Assembly: GCA_028278345.1 (NCBI GenBank)
Contig: JANQEL010000227.1
Coordinates: forward strand, 43,924 to 107,923
DNA: 64,000 nucleotides
Source: Myxococcota bacterium
GTDB lineage: Bacteria > Myxococcota_A > UBA9160 > UBA4427
Reading direction: 5' to 3'
Shown: piece by piece, positions 17,970 to 26,940 of the stretch
How the letters are laid out: each line of letters begins with the position of its first letter
How positions within the stretch are numbered: the stretch's first letter is position 1
Position numbers and translations under genes: made by a program
Notes under the pieces: model-generated
Seen by the model: only the letters and a program-made list of their open reading frames with translations
Told to the model about the DNA's origin: nothing
Databases searched by the model: none

Positions 17970-20230
17970 CGCTTCGCGGTTCCGCGCTCCTGTATCGCGG
18001 CCAGCAGCCTTGGGGGCGAAATCGGAAGTGACTCCATGCGCACGCCGGTCGCGGCGGAGACCGCATTCGCGACGGCTCCGAGCGCCGGCACGAGCGGCGT
18101 CTCCCCCACTCCGCGCACACCGTAGGGGTGCTTCGGGTTCGGCACTTCGACGATCACCGTGTCGATCATCGGAACGTCGGAGGCCACGGGCATGCGGTAG
18201 TCGAGGAAGCCCGCGTTCTCGACTTCGCCATCCTCCGAAAACACGTAGGCCTCGTTCAACGCCCAGCCGATCCCCTGCACGGCACCGCCCTGCATCTGAC
18301 CTTCCACGTAACTCGGATGGATCGCACGCCCCGCGTCCTGGATCGCCGTGTAGCGAATCACTTCGGTGCGCCCGGTCTCGGGATCGACTTCGACATCGCA
18401 CAGATGCGTGGCGAAGCCCGGGCCGACGCCGCGCGCGTTGAGCTGCGCCTGCCCGTTGATGGGGCCACCCGTCTTCTCCATGCGACGTGCGATGTCGGCG
18501 ACCGTGAGCGGGTCGGCCTCGACGCCGCTGCCTTCCGCGGGAACACAACGCCCGTCGGCGAACACGACCTGATCGACTTCGCACTCCCACATCATGGCCG
18601 CCCGCGCGCGCAACTCGGCGATGATCTCCTTGCAGGCGTTGATCACCGCCCAACCCGTCGCGAAGGTGGTGCGGCTTCCGCCCGTGCCGTCGTTGAACCC
18701 GACGCCCTCGGTGTTCGCCACGACGGGGCGCACCTGATCGACGTCGATGCCGAGTTCCTCGGCGGCGAAGATCGCCATCGAAGCGCGCGAGCCGCCGATG
18801 TCGGGGTTGCCTTCCACGACGATCGCTCCGCCGTCTTCGGTGAGGTGCACCTCGGCGCTCGACTGCTGCCCGGCGTTGAACCAGAAACCCGAAGCCACGC
18901 CGCGCCCCTGATTCTCGCCCAGCGGAGCCGTGTAGTGGGGATGCGCCTTCGCGGCCTCGAGGGTTTCGATGAAGCCGATCGTCCGGAAACGCGCGCCGAA
19001 GGACATCTGCGAACCCTCTTTCATCGCGTTCGCGATGCGCAGATCGATCGGGTCGACGTTCAGTTCGCTTGCGAGTTCGTCGAGCAGGCTCTCGAGGGCG
19101 AATGCGGGCATCGGAGCCCCGGGTGCGCGATAGGCGTGCATCTTCGGCTTGTTGAGCACGACGTCGAAGCCCTCGATCACGAAATTCGGGATCTCGTAGA
19201 CCGAGAAGATGGTCATCACCCCGGCGTTCACCGGCGAGCCGGGAAAACCGCCGGCCTCCATCGCCATGTTGACGCGCCCGGCGATCAGGTCGCCGTCGCG
19301 GGTCGCGCCGATCTCGAGTTCGATCTTGCTCCCCGCAGCGGGTCCGCTCGCGCGGAAGACCTCTTCGCGCGTCATCACCATTTTGACCGGTCGGGCCGCC
19401 TTGCGGGAGAGCACGACAGCGACGGGTTCGAGATAGACGGTCGTCTTCCCCCCGAAGCCCCCGCCGATCTCGCTCGGCGTGACCTTGATTCGCGACTCGG
19501 GTATCCGCAACACGGCCGCCGTGTCGCGGCGAATGCCGAAGCCACCCTGGGTGCAACACCAGATCTCGCTGAGCCCTTCCTCGTTGGTTCGCGCAACGAC
19601 CGCGTGGGGTTCGATGTAGCCCTGGTGCACGGTCTCGGTGCGAAACGTGCGCTTGAGCACGACGTCGGCCGAGGCCAAGGCCGCCTCGACGTCACCGCGT
19701 TCGTAGTAGAAGGTCTCGGCGATGTTCGACGGGGGTTGCCCCTCGCGGCCTTCCGGCTCGAAGTAGTCGTGCAGCACGGGGGCATCGTCCGCCAGGGCGT
19801 CGTCGAGGTCGAAGACCGCGGGAAGGGGTTCGATCTCGACTTCGATCTCCTTCAGCGCGCGTTCGGCGATCGCTTCACTCGTCGCCGCCACCGCGGCCAG
19901 CGCGTGCCCGCGGTAGAGAACCTTCTCGCGCGCCATGATGTTGCGCGAGCGCTCGGCGGACTCCCTGCCGTGCTTCAGCGGGATGTCGGGAAGATCGGCC
20001 GCGGTCGCCACGGCCTTCACTCCCTCCATGGCCTCCGCCTTCGAGGTATCGATGCGCACGATGCGACCGTGGGGCACGTCGCTGCGCAGCACCTTCCCCC
20101 ACAGCATGCCGGGAAAGGAGAGGTCGGCGCCGAATCGCGCACGCCCCGTCACCTTGTCGAGGCCATCGGGGCGGATGGGGCGAGTGCCCACCCAGCGATA
20201 CTTCGAATCTTCGCGTGCCTCGACACTCAT
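17966..20230 (-). CDS. Molybdopterin-binding large subunit of a xanthine dehydrogenase / CO dehydrogenase / aldehyde oxidase family enzyme
   Basis: Contains RWVGTRPIRPDGLDKVTGRARFGADL and SEIGGGFGGKT, with a typical length of about 754 aa. I chose the ATG at 20230 (MSVEARED...). Confidence 0.85.
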   Translation of the reverse strand: MSVEAREDSKYRWVGTRPIRPDGLDKVTGRARFGADLSFPGMLWGKVLRSDVPHGRIVRIDTSKAEAMEGVKAVATAADLPDIPLKHGRESAERSRNIMAREKVLYRGHALAAVAATSEAIAERALKEIEVEIEPLPAVFDLDDALADDAPVLHDYFEPEGREGQPPSNIAETFYYERGDVEAALASADVVLKRTFRTETVHQGYIEPHAVVARTNEEGLSEIWCCTQGGFGIRRDTAAVLRIPESRIKVTPSEIGGGFGGKTTVYLEPVAVVLSRKAARPVKMVMTREEVFRASGPAAGSKIELEIGATRDGDLIAGRVNMAMEAGGFPGSPVNAGVMTIFSVYEIPNFVIEGFDVVLNKPKMHAYRAPGAPMPAFALESLLDELASELNVDPIDLRIANAMKEGSQMSFGARFRTIGFIETLEAAKAHPHYTAPLGENQGRGVASGFWFNAGQQSSAEVHLTEDGGAIVVEGNPDIGGSRASMAIFAAEELGIDVDQVRPVVANTEGVGFNDGTGGSRTTFATGWAVINACKEIIAELRARAAMMWECEVDQVVFADGRCVPAEGSGVEADPLTVADIARRMEKTGGPINGQAQLNARGVGPGFATHLCDVEVDPETGRTEVIRYTAIQDAGRAIHPSYVEGQMQGGAVQGIGWALNEAYVFSEDGEVENAGFLDYRMPVASDVPMIDTVIVEVPNPKHPYGVRGVGETPLVPALGAVANAVSAATGVRMESLPISPPRLLAAIQERGTAKR

Positions 20231-20359
20231 GGATGACGACTCCCGTGGCGGTGTAGATCTTTCGCGGATCCGAGTAAGCTTGGCGGACTCAATTCCCGCG
20301 TCAACGTTCGCGGGTTGCGATTCGCGCCCGCCCACTCCCGCACACGGAATTCACCTCCC

Positions 20360-21226
20360 ATGGAAATCGAGCGATACGTTGCCCCTGGCACGCTCAGCGA
20401 AGCGGCGGGCCTGCTCGCAGACGAATCGATCAACCCGGTCGTGATGGCCGGCGGAACCGATCTGCTCGTCCAGGCCAAGCTGCAGGAAAGCGATCCCTTC
20501 GTCGTCGTCGACGTGAAGCAGATCCCCGAGCTGCGCGAGATCCGCGTGAGCGACCGCGGCTTCGAGGTCGGCGCCGCCGTCACCGGCGCCGAACTGGGGG
20601 AACACGATGAACTCTGCGCGGCCTGGCCCGGCGTCGTCGAAGCCGTGGAGTTGATCGGCTCGACCCAGATCCAGGGACGCGCGACCGCGGGTGGCAACGT
20701 CTGCAATGCGTCGCCCGCGGCGGATTCCGTGCCCGCATTGATCGCGGCCGGCGCTGTCGGCCGGGTGTTCGGCCCCGATGGCGAACGCGAGGTTCCGGTC
20801 GAGGAGATCGCGACCGGACCGGGTACCACTTCGCTCGGTCGGGGCGAACTGCTCGTTTCCTTTCTGCTCGAGCCTCCGAACGCCCGCCGCGGCGATGCCT
20901 ACCTGCGCTTCATTCCGCGCACCGAAATGGACACCGCGGTCCCCGGGGCGGGCGTCTGCCTCACCCTCGACGAAGCTGGCCAGGTCGAAAGCGCGCGCGT
21001 GGGTCTCGGCGCGGTCGCCCCGACCGCGCTGCGCGTCGATGCCGCAGCCGAAGCCATTGCCGGTGGCCCCCTCGATGGCGACGCCCTCGAACGCCTCGCG
21101 AGCGCAGCCCGCGCCGCCTGTCGCCCGATCGACGACAAGCGTGGCACGGCCGACTACCGAACCCAGCTGGCCGGCGTACTCGCGCGCCGCGCCGCGAAGA
21201 TCGCGCTCGAGCGCGCCCGGAGCTGA
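20360..21226 (+). CDS. FAD-binding medium subunit (CoxM/XdhB-like) of the Mo hydroxylase
   Basis: MEIERYVAPGTLSEAAGLL...VMAGGTDLLVQAKL is an FAD_binding_5-type pattern. It is divergent from the large-subunit gene. Confidence 0.85.
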   Translation: MEIERYVAPGTLSEAAGLLADESINPVVMAGGTDLLVQAKLQESDPFVVVDVKQIPELREIRVSDRGFEVGAAVTGAELGEHDELCAAWPGVVEAVELIGSTQIQGRATAGGNVCNASPAADSVPALIAAGAVGRVFGPDGEREVPVEEIATGPGTTSLGRGELLVSFLLEPPNARRGDAYLRFIPRTEMDTAVPGAGVCLTLDEAGQVESARVGLGAVAPTALRVDAAAEAIAGGPLDGDALERLASAARAACRPIDDKRGTADYRTQLAGVLARRAAKIALERARS

Positions 21227-21238
21227 GCGAAGGACGAC

Positions 21239-21718
21239 ATGCCGAAGACCCACATCACGACCCGCATCAACGACGACGAAGTCGAGTTCCTCTGCGAGCC
21301 GCGCCAGACGTTGCTCGAAGTCCTTCGCGAAGAACTCGGCCTTACGGGTACCAAGGAAGGTTGCGGTACCGGCGATTGCGGTGCGTGCTCGATCACCCTC
21401 GACGGCCGCCTCGTCTGCGCTTGTCTCGTCCTCGCCGTCGAAGCCCAGGGTCGGGAGATCGGCACCGTCGAAGGGGTCGCCGATGGGGACACGCTCCATC
21501 CGCTGCAGGCGAAGTTCCTCGAACACGCGGCGCTGCAGTGCGGCATCTGCACGCCGGGGTTGATCGTCGCCGCGAAGTCCCTGCTCGAACGCAACCCCGA
21601 TCCCAGCGAAACGGAGATCCGCTACTGGCTCGCGGGCAACCTCTGCCGCTGCACGGGCTACGACAAGATCATTCGCGCCGTGCAGGATGCGGCGAGCGAG
21701 CTGCGCACCTCTCAGTAG
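21239..21718 (+). CDS. [2Fe-2S]-binding small subunit (CoxS/XdhC-iron-sulfur-like) of the Mo hydroxylase
   Basis: Contains GCGTGDCGACSI, CGICTPG and CRCTGY. 159 aa. Confidence 0.9.
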   Translation: MPKTHITTRINDDEVEFLCEPRQTLLEVLREELGLTGTKEGCGTGDCGACSITLDGRLVCACLVLAVEAQGREIGTVEGVADGDTLHPLQAKFLEHAALQCGICTPGLIVAAKSLLERNPDPSETEIRYWLAGNLCRCTGYDKIIRAVQDAASELRTSQ

Positions 21719-22029
21719 GAGACTTTCGTCTCGAGGCGTCCGTCTTCTCCGCGAACGATGCGCACGCGCGTCATGCACGCCATGCAGTAGAGCTGATCGC
21801 CTTCTCGCAGTTCGCGCGCCGAACGCATCACGATCTTGCACACCGGGCAGAGTGCTTCGTTCGGGGCCAGCTCATCCTCCGGTCCGAGCCACCGCCGGTA
21901 GAACTTGCGGTACTTGCGCGGCACCTCGTCGAAGCCGCGATCGTCGAGCTCATAACGACGGCGCGGCCCCGATTCGGCCCCTCCCTCCCCTACGTCGACC
22001 ATCTGGGTCGCCACGGATCCGTCCGCCAT
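21712..22029 (-). CDS. Small Cys4 zinc-ribbon / rubredoxin-like protein
   Basis: 105 aa with CPVC-X17-CMAC near the C-terminus. The ATG at 22029 shares one nt with the upstream stop. No recognisable family beyond the Cys knuckles. Confidence 0.5.
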   Translation of the reverse strand: MADGSVATQMVDVGEGGAESGPRRRYELDDRGFDEVPRKYRKFYRRWLGPEDELAPNEALCPVCKIVMRSARELREGDQLYCMACMTRVRIVRGEDGRLETKVSY

Positions 22030-22799
22030 CACAACCCCAATCGACGCACGGCTTCGCGATAGTCGCGACCGAGCTTCGTGATGGTGTCTTTCTCGACGCC
22101 CAGGGCCTTCGCGGTGTGTTCGAAGGTGTTGAGCGCGAAGGCCTCGAGCTCGTTCTTCACCAGCTCGATCCAGGCGCGCCGCGAAGGGTCGGTCCGCAGA
22201 CGTCGGGCGATCTCGTTCTCGCCGAAGCCGATGTGACGCCGCTCGTCGCGCAACATGCGCTCGAGCATGTCGACGGTCACCGGGTCGCCCACCGACGCGT
22301 GGGCACGGAAGGCCGCAAACTCCATCGCCTCGAGCGAGACGTTTTGCGCGAAGATCGCGAGATCCCACTGCTTGGTATCGACGAGATGCAGGAGCTTGTC
22401 CCGAAACTCCAGCATCGCCGGCGTCGCGCGCCGTTCGATTTCGGCAGTGGGATCTTCGACGCCGATGTCCTCGAGCCTCTGCAGGATGACCTCGACGTGA
22501 CGCGCTTCGTCGACCACCTGGGTCGCGAGGAAGATCATGCTCGAGCGGTTCGGCGCAATGCGAACCAGCCCACTCGACGCTTCGAGGGCGGCGGTCTCCG
22601 CGACGGCGTAGTTGCAGAGCGCCGTCGTCAGGCTCTCGACTTCGTCCGGCGCGAGATCGTCGGCCGCAATGTCGGCGCGGTGCCCGTGTTCGAGATCGGA
22701 CAGATAGTCCTGCACCGCGCCGAACCAGTGGTCGAAGCTTCGAACCTCTCGTTCGAAGACATCCGGTTCCAGATCGTGGATCTCACGAATCTGCGACAC
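22029..22799 (-). CDS. Ferritin-like diiron-carboxylate protein (paralogue B)
   Basis: The E...EXXH...E...EXXH pattern is AETAALEASSGL, DEARHVE, SLEAMEF and DERRHIGFGE. 256 aa. Confidence 0.7.
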   Translation of the reverse strand: MSQIREIHDLEPDVFEREVRSFDHWFGAVQDYLSDLEHGHRADIAADDLAPDEVESLTTALCNYAVAETAALEASSGLVRIAPNRSSMIFLATQVVDEARHVEVILQRLEDIGVEDPTAEIERRATPAMLEFRDKLLHLVDTKQWDLAIFAQNVSLEAMEFAAFRAHASVGDPVTVDMLERMLRDERRHIGFGENEIARRLRTDPSRRAWIELVKNELEAFALNTFEHTAKALGVEKDTITKLGRDYREAVRRLGL

Positions 22800-22811
22800 G
22801 CAAACCTCCGA

Positions 22812-23693
22812 TCAGGGCCGGGTCGGCGTCTGGTATTCGATGCCAACGCGATCGAGGCGCTTCTTGAACTCGCCGAGCACGGTGTCGGCCAGCAGGCCTT
22901 CCATCTCTTCGGGTTCCATCGTGGCGAGGTTGGCGCCCTGCCAGTTCGCGGCTCCGCCGCCGGCCTGCTCGCGCGCGTGCTGCATTTCCTCGCGCGCCTG
23001 TCCGTCGCGGAACTGATCCGCGAACGTGGCGAGCATGAAGTACGACATGTCGCGCTGCATGCGTTCGATCTCGGGCTTCTTCTCGGGGAACTCGCGAATC
23101 AGGGCACCGATCCGGTTCTCGCCAAAGCCCACGTGACGTCGCTCGTCGGCGATCGTGCCGGAGAGCGTCTTCGCGAACTTCGAGTTGAGGTCGCGATTGG
23201 ACGCCTCGAGCATCTCGAAGACGGTGAACGCCATGCCTTCGAGGATGATGTTCTGGCCGACGACGCCCGCGACGAAATCCTTCTTGTCGACCTTCTCGAG
23301 AAGGATCTCGGCGAACTGCGCGAGATTGGGGTTCGTCTTTTCGGCGATGACCGTCTCGAGTTCATCCTTCTTCACGCCCAGGTCGTAGAGGCGCTGGGTG
23401 AAGATCTCGACGTGCCGCGCCTCGTCGAGGGTCTGCGTCGCGAGGAAGCGCTTGCTGGCTTCGTCGGGCGCCGCGTTGATCAGGCCCGAACTCGCGGCGA
23501 GTGCGCAACGCTCACCCGCGACCAACTGCGTCGTGAGCCGGATTGCCTGCTCGCGCATCATCGGATCCTGAAGCACGAGTTCCGGTTCCTTCTGGTTCGG
23601 TTCGTGCCCGAACTCGGTCTCTTCGAGATAACCCTGTGGGCAGGATTCGAGCCAGTACTGGATGGAATAGGCGTCGAGGAAGTTGGTCGTCAT
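22812..23693 (-). CDS. Ferritin-like diiron-carboxylate protein (paralogue A)
   Basis: Contains GERCALAASSGL, DEARHVE, ILEGMAF and DERRHVGFGE. AGGAG sits upstream of the ATG at 23693. 293 aa, and clearly paralogous to the next gene. Confidence 0.7.
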   Translation of the reverse strand: MTTNFLDAYSIQYWLESCPQGYLEETEFGHEPNQKEPELVLQDPMMREQAIRLTTQLVAGERCALAASSGLINAAPDEASKRFLATQTLDEARHVEIFTQRLYDLGVKKDELETVIAEKTNPNLAQFAEILLEKVDKKDFVAGVVGQNIILEGMAFTVFEMLEASNRDLNSKFAKTLSGTIADERRHVGFGENRIGALIREFPEKKPEIERMQRDMSYFMLATFADQFRDGQAREEMQHAREQAGGGAANWQGANLATMEPEEMEGLLADTVLGEFKKRLDRVGIEYQTPTRP

Positions 23694-23757
23694 GATGTCT
23701 CCTGATTCGCGGGCGCAACCCAGGAAACAGCAAGTTCCGTGCCGCCGGGCACGCAAC

Positions 23758-23770
23758 TGACATCATGTCA
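23758..23770. promoter_or_regulatory. Perfect palindrome TGACAT-C-ATGTCA upstream of the diiron operon
   Basis: It lies 65-77 nt upstream of the 23693 start. On the coding (minus) strand it contains a TTGACA hexamer. Confidence 0.3.
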
Positions 23771-23900
23771 AACGGCGGTAATGCCACACACAGTCGTGAC
23801 ACCGGATGGATGAGGGGCGGGGCGCCACGATGGGGACGGCGCCTGGGACAGATCGGGACCCGCCGCTCGCGAGGCCCGCTCGTCGGCCGGCTGACGGCCC

Positions 23901-24347
23901 CTACGACTCCTCGATCCGGTGGTTCATCGGGGGCTTGGGGATCACGACGACGTCTTCGTTCGCGTAGCGCTTCTCGCACTGGCCGGCGCTTTGCTTCACG
24001 ATCGCGCGCTCGAACGCGGCATCGAGGGCGAGCCACTCCTCCATCAACTCGGGCTCGACCCCCGCCTCTTCGATCGACTCGCGAAGCAGCGCGTGGCGCA
24101 GCTCGAAGAGTTCCTTGTTGATGAAGATGTGCTTGTGGGCGGTGTTGGCCGCCTTGCCGCGGTAGACGCGCGGGCCCCCGAAGGCCTGGCCCATGAAGTC
24201 GCTCTGCTGGGCTTCGATGTGCTTCTGGTCGACCTCGCTGAAGTAGCCCTTCAGCCAGGGGTGTTCGTAGACCTTGTCGTAGAAGAGCTTGTGGATCTTC
24301 TCGATGACCGGTCGGCCGCCGAGGCGTTCGTAGAGGGGTCTGCTCAT
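23901..24347 (-). CDS. Truncated haemoglobin (2/2 globin)
   Basis: 148 aa. The trHb pattern is MSRPLYERLGGRPVIEKIHKLFYDKVYEHPWLKGYF...HIEAQQSDFMGQAFGGPRVYRG...HKHI. Confidence 0.8.
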   Translation of the reverse strand: MSRPLYERLGGRPVIEKIHKLFYDKVYEHPWLKGYFSEVDQKHIEAQQSDFMGQAFGGPRVYRGKAANTAHKHIFINKELFELRHALLRESIEEAGVEPELMEEWLALDAAFERAIVKQSAGQCEKRYANEDVVVIPKPPMNHRIEES

Positions 24348-24438
24348 GGCGTCACCTGCATTGCGCTCATGGATACGCAGGACATATCGGCGCAATGCGG
24401 GCGGAAGGTTACGAGAATCTGGTAACGCCACCGCAAAG

Positions 24439-24476
24439 CAGGAGGGGTGAGACGAACTGTCGCCCCACCCCTCCTG
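24439..24476 (-). terminator. Terminator-like hairpin after the TPP-enzyme gene
   Basis: A perfect 11-bp stem (CAGGAGGGGTG / CACCCCTCCTG) with a 16-nt loop, 30 nt past the stop at 24506. It is followed on the minus strand only by CTTTG, a weak U tract. Confidence 0.5.
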
Positions 24477-24505
24477 GTTCGAACCCTGGCTAGATGAATG
24501 AACGT

Positions 24506-26152
24506 CTAGACGTAGATGCCGCCCTTGAACTCGCGGTCCTGGCGGATCATCACGTTGATGAGGGCCGGCTTGCCCGAAGCGGCAGCCCGCTCGAGGGCGG
24601 GACGCAGCTCGGCCGGATCCTCGACGTTCTCGCCGTAGCCGCCCAGCGCCTCGACGACCTTGTCGTAGCGGGTGCGGTTGAGGATCGCGCCGTCGAGGCG
24701 GTCCCAACCCATCATCGCACCCTGGGGTCGCATCATCTGGCCCCAGGCGCCGTCGTTACCGACGATGCCGATGATCGGCAGGTTGAAGCGCACGGCGGTG
24801 TCGTACTCGAAGCCGTTCAAACCGAACGAACCGTCGCCGTAGACGATCACCACGCGCTTGTCGGGATGCGCGAGCTGCGCCGCCAACGCGAAGGGCATGC
24901 CGACACCGAGGGTTCCGAGCGGCCCCGGATCCATCCATGCACCCGGCCCCTTCACCGGAATGATCTTCGCCGCGGTGGCCACGATGTCGCCGCCGTCGCC
25001 GATCACGATCGGGCTGTCGAGGGTGTCGAGCCAGTCGCGTACTTCCCTGCACATGCGCTGGGGGTCGACGGGGGTTTCGTCGCTGTTGAGCGCCGCCTGC
25101 ACCTTGGCTTCGGCTTCGTTCTCGAGCTCGCGCAGTTCGTCGCGCCAGGCCGTGAAGTCGAGTTGCAGCCCCTGGTTCTTCATCTCTTCCGAGAGCATCT
25201 CGAACGAACAACCCACGTTGCCCACGAGCGGCACGTCGGTCTGACGGTTCTGGCCCATCAGGATGTTGTCCATGTCGAGCTGGATCACCTTGGCGTCTTC
25301 GGGGATGGCCTTGCCGAAGCGCATGCGGAAGTCGAGCAGCGTACCCGCGAGCATGATGCAGTCGGTCTTGGCCAGCGCATCGCGCCGCGAGCGGTTCAGG
25401 AACTGCGGCGACTCCCACGGCACCGTGCCGCGACCCATGCCGTTGCAGTACGTGGGCAGGTGGATCTCGTCGATGAAGCTGTTCATCGCGGCTTCACCTT
25501 CCGACCACTTGACCGCGGTACCGGCCATCAGCATCGGGCGTTCGGCCTTCGAGAGTTCTTCGAGGGCGTTGCGCACCTCCGTGCGATCGGGCGAGATGCG
25601 CGGCGCCGTCGTGCGGATGCGCGGCACCACCACCTCTTCGTCGGCCACCTGCCCCATGAAGATGTCCATCGGGATCTCGAGGAAGGCGGGGCCGGGGGTG
25701 CCCGAGATCGCGTGGCGGATCGCCAGCTCGATGTACTCGGGGATGCGATAGCTCTCGAAGCAGGCGTCGGCGTACTTCGTGATCGGGCGCATCACGCCGA
25801 TGTGATCCATCTCCTGCAGCGAGCCGCGGCGCAGGTTGTTGAACGGGCCCTGCCCGCCGAAGACCAGGATGGGCGAGTTGGCGCGCCAGGCGTTCGCCAC
25901 ACCCGTCACGCCATCCGTCACACCGGGGCCTGCCGTGATCGCGGCCACGCCGACCTTTCCGGGGTTGCAGCGTGCCCATGCGTCGGCGGCGTGCACGGCG
26001 GCCTGCTCGTGGCGCACGTCGACGATCTTGATCCCCTCGTCGAGGCAACCTTCGTAGAGCGGCATGATGTGCCCGCCCGACAGAGTGAAGATGACTTCGA
26101 CGCCGGCCTCTTTCAGGGCCTTGGCGGCGAGCTGTCCACCGGAAAACGGCAT
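24506..26152 (-). CDS. Thiamine-diphosphate-dependent enzyme (acetolactate synthase / oxalyl-CoA decarboxylase / 2-hydroxyacyl-CoA lyase family)
   Basis: The N-terminus is MPFSGGQLAAKALKEAGVEVIFTLSGG. Also contains ITAGPGVTDG and the TPP motif GDGSFGLNGFEYDTAVRFNLP. 548 aa. Confidence 0.85.
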   Translation of the reverse strand: MPFSGGQLAAKALKEAGVEVIFTLSGGHIMPLYEGCLDEGIKIVDVRHEQAAVHAADAWARCNPGKVGVAAITAGPGVTDGVTGVANAWRANSPILVFGGQGPFNNLRRGSLQEMDHIGVMRPITKYADACFESYRIPEYIELAIRHAISGTPGPAFLEIPMDIFMGQVADEEVVVPRIRTTAPRISPDRTEVRNALEELSKAERPMLMAGTAVKWSEGEAAMNSFIDEIHLPTYCNGMGRGTVPWESPQFLNRSRRDALAKTDCIMLAGTLLDFRMRFGKAIPEDAKVIQLDMDNILMGQNRQTDVPLVGNVGCSFEMLSEEMKNQGLQLDFTAWRDELRELENEAEAKVQAALNSDETPVDPQRMCREVRDWLDTLDSPIVIGDGGDIVATAAKIIPVKGPGAWMDPGPLGTLGVGMPFALAAQLAHPDKRVVIVYGDGSFGLNGFEYDTAVRFNLPIIGIVGNDGAWGQMMRPQGAMMGWDRLDGAILNRTRYDKVVEALGGYGENVEDPAELRPALERAAASGKPALINVMIRQDREFKGGIYV

Positions 26153-26381
26153 GGGGAATCCTTTCGTGGGCCCGACGCAGGTCGGGAGTGATCGGGGGTA
26201 GAGAGAAGGGGTTGGGGGAGATCGCGCGTCATCTCTTCCTGGCTCGGCGAGATCGGCGCGAATCGCGCAATCGGCACGCGCGATGTCGATTCACGGTATC
26301 AACCGGGCCCTGCCGCCGCACCCCCGCGAAACGCGTCTCGCGCGGCGTCCCACAACGCGAGTCGGCGGGAATCATCGCCCG

Positions 26382-26420
26382 AAACGAAAACGGGGCGACT
26401 CCCGTGAGGGAGCCGCCCCG
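26382..26420 (-). terminator. Rho-independent terminator of pal
   Basis: The minus strand reads CGGGGCGGCTCCC-TCAC-GGGAGTCGCCCCG followed by TTTTCGTTTCGG. It starts 22 nt after the pal stop. Confidence 0.7.
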
Positions 26421-26442
26421 TAAGCGTCTCGCCCGATGTCCG

Positions 26443-26940
26443 CTAGCGGGTGCGGAACTCGGCGCGGCGGTTGAGCGACCAGGCCGATTCGTCGTGCCCC
26501 ATCGCCGCCGGCTTCGACTCGCCGTAGCTCACGATGCGCATCTGCGAATCCGAAACGCCGAGCGCCGACAGGTAGCGGCGAACCGCTTCGGCGCGGCGCT
26601 CGCCCAGCGCCAGGTTGTATTCCTCGCTGCCGCGCTCATCGGCGTGACCCTCGATGACCGCGACCGCGTCGCTGGCCTTGAGCGCCTCGGCGTTGGCCTT
26701 CAGCACGTCGCGCATGTCGTCGCGAATCTCCGAGCGATCGAAATCGAAGTACGCGGTGCCCAGGCGCACCTCGGTCGGGCGGGTGTCGCGCACCGGTTCT
26801 TCGGGCGGGTCGCCCTGGCTGAATTCGCTGCCCGTGTCCGGAGCGGGTTCGGTTTCCGCGACCTCGGCGGTCTGCTGGCAGGCCACCGTGAAGAGCAGAG
26901 CAAGTACCGTTGCCGTCAGCGCAGTGATTCGTTTCGTCAT
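26443..26940 (-). CDS. pal: Peptidoglycan-associated lipoprotein (OmpA-family C-terminal domain)
   Basis: The lipobox is LLFTVAC. Also contains FDFDRSEIR and IEGHADERGSEEYNLALGERRA. Confidence 0.9.
   Translation of the reverse strand: MTKRITALTATVLALLFTVACQQTAEVAETEPAPDTGSEFSQGDPPEEPVRDTRPTEVRLGTAYFDFDRSEIRDDMRDVLKANAEALKASDAVAVIEGHADERGSEEYNLALGERRAEAVRRYLSALGVSDSQMRIVSYGESKPAAMGHDESAWSLNRRAEFRTR

Noticed and set aside
17970-19559. Upstream 530 codons of the 612-aa ORF that ends with the MoaD-like sequence
   Set aside because: This part is Arg/Gly/Asp-rich nonsense in an alternative frame of the Mo-hydroxylase large subunit. Only the last 82 codons, from the ATG at 17969 with its ATGA coupling, look like a real protein.
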